Position numbers and translations under genes: made by a program. A stretch of DNA of 62,345 bases, counting the filler, from an uncultured Thermoplasmatales archaeon (GTDB taxonomy: Archaea > Thermoplasmatota > E2 > DHVEG-1), in the NCBI GenBank assembly GCA_964517155.1. It is 4 parts of 4 records of this genome, joined end to end, with 100 filler letters (N's around TTAATTAATTAA, not from the genome) between each part and the next. Parts side by side here need not be neighbours in the genome. Positions count along the whole stretch, not along the records: positions 57,671 to 62,345 come from CAZFAZ010000081.1; 3 more parts are not named here. One strand, given 5' to 3'. Each line of letters begins with the position of its first letter. The first letter of the stretch is position 1. Positions 57,761 through 62,345 of this stretch are shown here, piece by piece. The notes under the pieces are model-generated. The model was not told the DNA's origin and searched no databases. It saw only the letters and a list, made by a program, of their open reading frames with translations.

Positions 57761-59305
57761 ATTAAACAACTGTTAAGGAGAAGTTTATAAAAGACAGGGA
57801 CATATTTAAAAATAGATATGACAAAATGGACAAAGGAAGATATAAATAATCTTAAAACTAAATATCCTAAGAATGGAACTAAGATTCCTGAGTTAACAGA
57901 TAAGTTCTCAGTTTCAGCTATTAAAACTAAAGCAAGAATATTAAATATTAAAAAACAAACTTGGACAGAAGAAGAAATAAAGATTTTAAAAGAAAAATAT
58001 CAAAAAAATGGTTGTAAGATTCCTGAATTGCTAAATAATAAAACTCAAAGTTCAATTGTCTGCAAAGCACATAAACTAGGAATAAAATCTAATGTTCGTT
58101 CAATTCCAAGAAAATGGACCGATGAAAGGATTCACAAATTAAAACAGGATTATAAACAAAAAGGTACAGATATACCTGAACTCCTTGAAATTTTTTCTAG
58201 AAACGCAATAATGATAGCAGCAAGAAATCTAAATCTAAAATGCCATAAAAAAATAAACAAGAAATTTGATATTTCTAAGGATGAATTAGTTGAGTTGTAT
58301 ACTAATCAGAAAAAATCTACAACACAAATCGCAAAGATTTATAACTGCTCTTTTAACACAATCGTATCAAGACTTGAGGGATATAATATTCAAATAAGAA
58401 AACGCAAAGACAGTATTTGCATAGTTCGTGGTTATCATAAAAATATAAAATTAAATGATTACATTTTACAGATTATGGATGGTATTTTATTAAGTGATGG
58501 TGGTTATGATTTTGGTGGAAAAGATAAAAAAACTGCTTCATTAAAAATCACACAAATGGAAAGTCATAGAGAATGGTTAGATGAATTAAAATCTATTTTT
58601 GAAAATAACAATATTGAGTGTTCGATGGTTCATAGATTTTCAAGGCCAATTGATAAAAGTTTTCCTCAATGGGTTTTGAAAACAAGGTATTATTTGGAAT
58701 TAGGTGATGAACGGAAAAGATGGTATCCAAAAGGTAAAAAAATAGTTCCAAAAGACGTTAGAATAACTCCTTTGGTTCTTGCTCAGTGGTATATGGGTGA
58801 TGGAAATTTAAGTGCTACAGGTGGGACTAAAAGTGGAAAAAAATTCTATAGACTAAGTCTCTGTACAGATAGTTTTACTAAAGAAGAAAATGAGTTTTTA
58901 AGAGATAAACTCAAAAAACTTTATGGTTGGAATTTTAGAGTTTTTAAATATCGTAATAGTTCGTATAGACTAGTAATTAATCTGCCTAAAGAGATTAAAG
59001 ATTTTTTATTTAAAACAGCGCCTTACAAAGTGGAATGTTTTAACTATAAATGGGAAGCATTGTATGATATTAATTATGCTCCTATCAGAACTGAATGGAC
59101 TAAAAGAAAAGATATGATTATAATAAAGAAATTCCCTGAAAATGGTACTAATATTCGTGAATTATTAGATGATGGTATATCAGAATATGCTATTCAGCAC
59201 AGGGCAATAAAACTTGGTGTAAAATGTAATTATATATTCAATCAATCTGGAAAAACTAAAAGAAAAAATTCATGATTAAAAAACTGCTAATGAGAAATCT
59301 ATAAA
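57761..59305 (+). repeat. Imperfect 31-bp direct repeats flanking the LAGLIDADG gene (57761-57791 and 59275-59305)
   Basis: ATTAAACAACTGTTAAGGAGAAGTTTATAAA vs ATTAAAAAACTGCTAATGAGAAATCTATAAA; 26/31 identical by hand alignment. Confidence 0.5.
57818..59275 (+). CDS. Free-standing two-motif LAGLIDADG endonuclease with Myb/SANT-like repeats and an HTH
   Basis: IMDGILLSDG and LAQWYMGDG motifs; WT.E....LK..Y...G..IPEL three times N-terminally and once C-terminally; ELVELY...STTQIAKIYNCS HTH. Confidence 0.8.
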   Translation: MTKWTKEDINNLKTKYPKNGTKIPELTDKFSVSAIKTKARILNIKKQTWTEEEIKILKEKYQKNGCKIPELLNNKTQSSIVCKAHKLGIKSNVRSIPRKWTDERIHKLKQDYKQKGTDIPELLEIFSRNAIMIAARNLNLKCHKKINKKFDISKDELVELYTNQKKSTTQIAKIYNCSFNTIVSRLEGYNIQIRKRKDSICIVRGYHKNIKLNDYILQIMDGILLSDGGYDFGGKDKKTASLKITQMESHREWLDELKSIFENNNIECSMVHRFSRPIDKSFPQWVLKTRYYLELGDERKRWYPKGKKIVPKDVRITPLVLAQWYMGDGNLSATGGTKSGKKFYRLSLCTDSFTKEENEFLRDKLKKLYGWNFRVFKYRNSSYRLVINLPKEIKDFLFKTAPYKVECFNYKWEALYDINYAPIRTEWTKRKDMIIIKKFPENGTNIRELLDDGISEYAIQHRAIKLGVKCNYIFNQSGKTKRKNS

Positions 59306-59420
59306 CAATTAGTTGTTTTGAAATTGCAGTTTTGAGGGGAAAAAATAAATAACCAAGCTAGGGGTTAGCCAAAAATATAAAAGTTTTTATTTAAGTTAAC
59401 ACTGACCTAATGCAAGTAAA

Positions 59421-60077
59421 ATGAAACATCTCAAGCTTAAATGCAAGCCTCTTGATGATCTTTTAGGGGGAGGAATAGAAAGCGGTGCAATCACTGAAGT
59501 TTACGGTGAAGCAGGTAGCGGTAAATCAAATCTTTGCTTGCAGGCTGCTCGTGAATGTGCAAACTTGGGTAAAAAAGTTGCATTTGTTGATAGTGAAGGT
59601 GTTTCAATTGAAAGGCTTAATCAAATGTGTAAAAAGGATTATAATTTTAAAAAAATCCTTGATAATATAATGTTTTTTACACCAGATTCCTTTGATTCTC
59701 AAGAAAAAATGATAAAAGAAGCAATTGATAATAATGATGTTGAGTTAATAGTTATTGATACCTTAAATCTTTTTTATAGGATGCATCTTGAAGAAGATAA
59801 AGAAGCAACAATGCGTTCTTTTCTAAGACAGATGGGCAGTATGCAGCTTGCAGCAAGAAAAAAAGATATTTTTGTATTGGTATCTGAACAAGTTTATACT
59901 GATAAAAACGGTGAAATACGTCCTTTTACTCATCGTGAAACAGAGCATATGATTAAAACTAGTATCAAACTTGAAAAAACAGGTGTTGGAAAAAGAAATG
60001 CAACAATTATGAAACACCGGTCGCAGCCTGAAGGAAAAACAGCTTCTTTTACAATAACTTCTATTGGATTGGAATAA
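59421..60077 (+). CDS. radB: DNA repair protein RadB
   Basis: LDDLLGGG, GEAGSGKS, basic KHR motif near the C-terminus. Confidence 0.93.
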   Translation: MKHLKLKCKPLDDLLGGGIESGAITEVYGEAGSGKSNLCLQAARECANLGKKVAFVDSEGVSIERLNQMCKKDYNFKKILDNIMFFTPDSFDSQEKMIKEAIDNNDVELIVIDTLNLFYRMHLEEDKEATMRSFLRQMGSMQLAARKKDIFVLVSEQVYTDKNGEIRPFTHRETEHMIKTSIKLEKTGVGKRNATIMKHRSQPEGKTASFTITSIGLE

Positions 60078-60081
60078 ATTT

Positions 60082-61194
60082 ATGCAAAAAACTGTAAACT
60101 GGTTAAATGAAAGCATATATACAGAGCCTTTGTCACCAGCATGTAGGATGTGTGCAGAAGGCTCAAAAATGGTTCTGCTTGTGACCGGCTTGTGTCCTGC
60201 ATCATGTTTTTATTGTCCATTAAGTGAAAAAAAAATTAAAAAAGATTTAATTTTTGCAGATGAATGGCAGTTATCTGATGAAAATGATACAGAAAAGCTG
60301 ATACTTGAAGCAGAATATATCAATGCCAAAGGTGCAGGAATCACAGGCGGCGATCCACTTGTCACCTGGGAGCGTACAAAAAAATATATCTCTCTTTTAA
60401 AAAATGAGTTTGGATCTGATTTTCATATTCATCTTTATACATCTGGCTTGAAAAATGCTGAGCACATAAAAGATTTAGTAGATTCAGGTCTTGATGAAAT
60501 TCGTTTTCATCCGATGCCTATGTATTGGAAAAAAATGCAAGATGCACCTTTTTTAAAATATATCAAAGAAGCAACGCAACTTGGTTGTGATGTAGCATTT
60601 GAAATACCTGTAATTCCGGGTTTTCAAGCTGATATATTTTCACTAGTCAAATGGGCAAGTGAGAATAATATTTCTTGGATTAATCTAAATGAGCTTGAGT
60701 ATTCTGAGACAAATGCTTTAAAACTAAATGATAAAAATTTTACAGTTAAAGATGATATATCATCAGCTGTAAAAGATAGTCAAAAAACAGCATATAATGT
60801 TATTAAAAAAATAGTTGATTCTGAATTAAAAATAGGAGTTCATTATTGTTCGTCTTCTTTTAAAGATGGTATACAGTTGAGGAATCGTATTAAACGACGG
60901 GCAAAAAACATTGCAAAAAAAGGCGATATAATAACAGAGGATGGGACACTGCTTAAAGGTGTTGTTGTTTCAAAAAATAAATCTTTAAACGAAATTTATG
61001 ATTTGTTACTTAACGTTTTAAAAATACCAAAAAAATACATAAATCTTGATCTTGATAAAAAACGAGTTGAGCTTGCAGTTTGGATTCTTGAAAAAAATTT
61101 AAAGTTTTTAAAAGAAAATAATTTTGAGTGTTTTATTGTTGAAGAATATCCTACTGCAGATAGACTTGAAGTAGAAAAAATTCCTTTGACTTAA
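60082..61194 (+). CDS. Radical SAM protein, conserved archaeal family
   Basis: CRMC; CPASCFYCP; ITGGDP; DEIRFHP; EEYPT. Confidence 0.9.
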   Translation: MQKTVNWLNESIYTEPLSPACRMCAEGSKMVLLVTGLCPASCFYCPLSEKKIKKDLIFADEWQLSDENDTEKLILEAEYINAKGAGITGGDPLVTWERTKKYISLLKNEFGSDFHIHLYTSGLKNAEHIKDLVDSGLDEIRFHPMPMYWKKMQDAPFLKYIKEATQLGCDVAFEIPVIPGFQADIFSLVKWASENNISWINLNELEYSETNALKLNDKNFTVKDDISSAVKDSQKTAYNVIKKIVDSELKIGVHYCSSSFKDGIQLRNRIKRRAKNIAKKGDIITEDGTLLKGVVVSKNKSLNEIYDLLLNVLKIPKKYINLDLDKKRVELAVWILEKNLKFLKENNFECFIVEEYPTADRLEVEKIPLT

Positions 61195-61317
61195 AAGATA
61201 TTTCAAAGATGTCTTTCACTTGAACAACCTTTTTATAATAGACCTGTATTCAAGTGCTTTACATATCTAGTAAAGAATATGTCTATGAAAGCTTAAAAAT
61301 AAGGAGGCTAAAAACCT

Positions 61318-61689
61318 ATGCCGATGTATGTAAAATTTCAAACACCAAAAGAAATCCAAGATTTAGCCTATGATCTTGTAGAAAAAGCTAGAGATAATGG
61401 CAAAATCAGTAAAGGAGCAAATGAAGTTACAAAACAAGTAGAACGCGGACAAGCAAAACTAGTAGTAATGGCAGAAGATGTAACACCTGAAGAAATACTT
61501 GCACATATGCCTGTTTTATGTGAAGAAAAAAACATACCTTATGCATATGTACAAAGTAAAGATGAACTCGGAAGCTGTGCAGGTTTAAAAGTTAGCACTG
61601 CGGCAATTGCTATTACAAATCCTGGAAAAGATAAATCTGGAATTGAAACTATTGTCAAAAAAATTGAACCACTTAAAAAGCAACAGTGA
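61318..61689 (+). CDS. rpl7ae: 50S ribosomal protein L7Ae
   Basis: KGANEVTK..ERG.AKLV..AEDV.PEEI. Confidence 0.97.
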   Translation: MPMYVKFQTPKEIQDLAYDLVEKARDNGKISKGANEVTKQVERGQAKLVVMAEDVTPEEILAHMPVLCEEKNIPYAYVQSKDELGSCAGLKVSTAAIAITNPGKDKSGIETIVKKIEPLKKQQ

Positions 61690-61695
61690 TAGAAT

Positions 61696-61908
61696 ATGGT
61701 TGTAGAAGGAACACCTTGTGAAGTAGTAGAAATAATCGATCGTACAGGTATGGCTGGTGAAGCATCACAAGTAAAAGTCAGAGTACTTGACGGATTTGAT
61801 AAAGGTAAAATTATTACTAGAAACGTTATAGGTCCAATTCAGCTTGGCGATATATTAATGCTTGGTGAAACACAGCGTGAAGCAAGACGACTTGGCGGAC
61901 CACGTTAA
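61696..61908 (+). CDS. rps28e: 30S ribosomal protein S28e
   Basis: RTGMAGE..QVKVRVL, RNVIGP, EARRL. Confidence 0.96.
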   Translation: MVVEGTPCEVVEIIDRTGMAGEASQVKVRVLDGFDKGKIITRNVIGPIQLGDILMLGETQREARRLGGPR

Positions 61909-61920
61909 GAGGTTAAGTTT

Positions 61921-62103
61921 ATGGTTGAGAGACGTAAATGTTCATTTTGTGGAGATGAAATAGAACCTGGTACTGGTAAACTCTATGCTAAAAAAGATGG
62001 TACTGTTCTTTATTTTTGTAAACTTAAATGTCAGAAAAACATGCTTGTTTTAAAGCGTGTACCTCGACGTGTACGTTGGAGTAAGTTTTATACTAAAAAA
62101 TAA
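61921..62103 (+). CDS. rpl24e: 50S ribosomal protein L24e
   Basis: CSFCG..IEPGTG...FC..KC, PRRVRW. Confidence 0.96.
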   Translation: MVERRKCSFCGDEIEPGTGKLYAKKDGTVLYFCKLKCQKNMLVLKRVPRRVRWSKFYTKK

Positions 62104-62178
62104 ACATTTTTTCTTTTTTTCAAATACATTATTTTTAAATAACACTTTTTTAATCACAATTAGTTGAGGTTTTAAAAC

Positions 62179-62345
62179 ATGGGGGATATAGAACTTAAAA
62201 CAGTTAAAATTGAAAAGCCAGATGATATGAATTTTATACTAGGTCAAAGTCATTTTATAAAAACAGTTGAAGACATTTATGAGGCTATGGTAAATAGTGT
62301 ACCTTCTGCAAAGTTTGGTATTGCTTTTTGTGAGGCTAGCGGTGC
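62179..62345 (+). CDS. Adenosine-specific kinase family (DUF355), partial
   Basis: [19 protein letters not shown]...[11 protein letters not shown]. Confidence 0.85.
   Translation, partial: MGDIELKTVKIEKPDDMNFILGQSHFIKTVEDIYEAMVNSVPSAKFGIAFCEASG

Noticed and set aside
1243..60116. Many short ORFs antisense or out of frame to long genes (e.g. 15238-15750, 40682-41038, 54026-54412)
   Set aside because: They overlap well-supported genes and lack motifs; treated as shadow ORFs
61254..61293. K-turn for L7Ae autoregulation in the rpl7ae leader
   Set aside because: A stem exists (GCTTT-ACATAT/ATATGT-AAAGC) but I could not place canonical tandem G.A pairs
1..62345. CRISPR array, rRNA, transposase or integrase
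   Set aside because: No regularly spaced repeats, rRNA-like stretch or recognisable recombinase motifs seen

Overview
AT-rich archaeal DNA. Evidence: archaeal ribosomal proteins L7Ae/S28e/L24e, RadB, AglB, GGGP synthase, NucS, split GMP synthase, Rpp21 and Cbf5. Gene style suggests Thermoplasmatota, possibly MBG-D/DHVEG-1 (inference). The window is four contigs joined by artificial 100-nt N-linkers containing TTAATTAATTAA (20146-20245, 43601-43700, 57571-57670), so adjacency across them is not biological. Contig 1: metabolism (PGI/PMI, MetVF, threonine dehydrogenase, FbaB), an iron cluster (feoAB, DtxR, ferredoxin, VIT1) with operators, a small-ORF accessory patch, surface proteins and KaiC-like ATPases. 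Contig 2: housekeeping genes, tRNA-Ser(GGA) and a decayed RelE/RHH module beside a tRNA 3' remnant. Contig 3 holds the most striking element, a minus-strand type IV pilus-like operon with two TadC-like genes and six class III signal-peptide pilin-like genes. Two of those pilins carry three Hint (intein-like) domains inserted among PKD/FN3 modules, each with a different C-terminal junction (KS|D, HN|S, HN|Q). This suggests a self-cleaving or self-splicing pilus adhesin system. Contig 4: a LAGLIDADG endonuclease with Myb-like repeats and flanking imperfect direct repeats, then radB, a radical SAM gene and ribosomal protein genes. All family calls are by motif recognition; no database searches were run.
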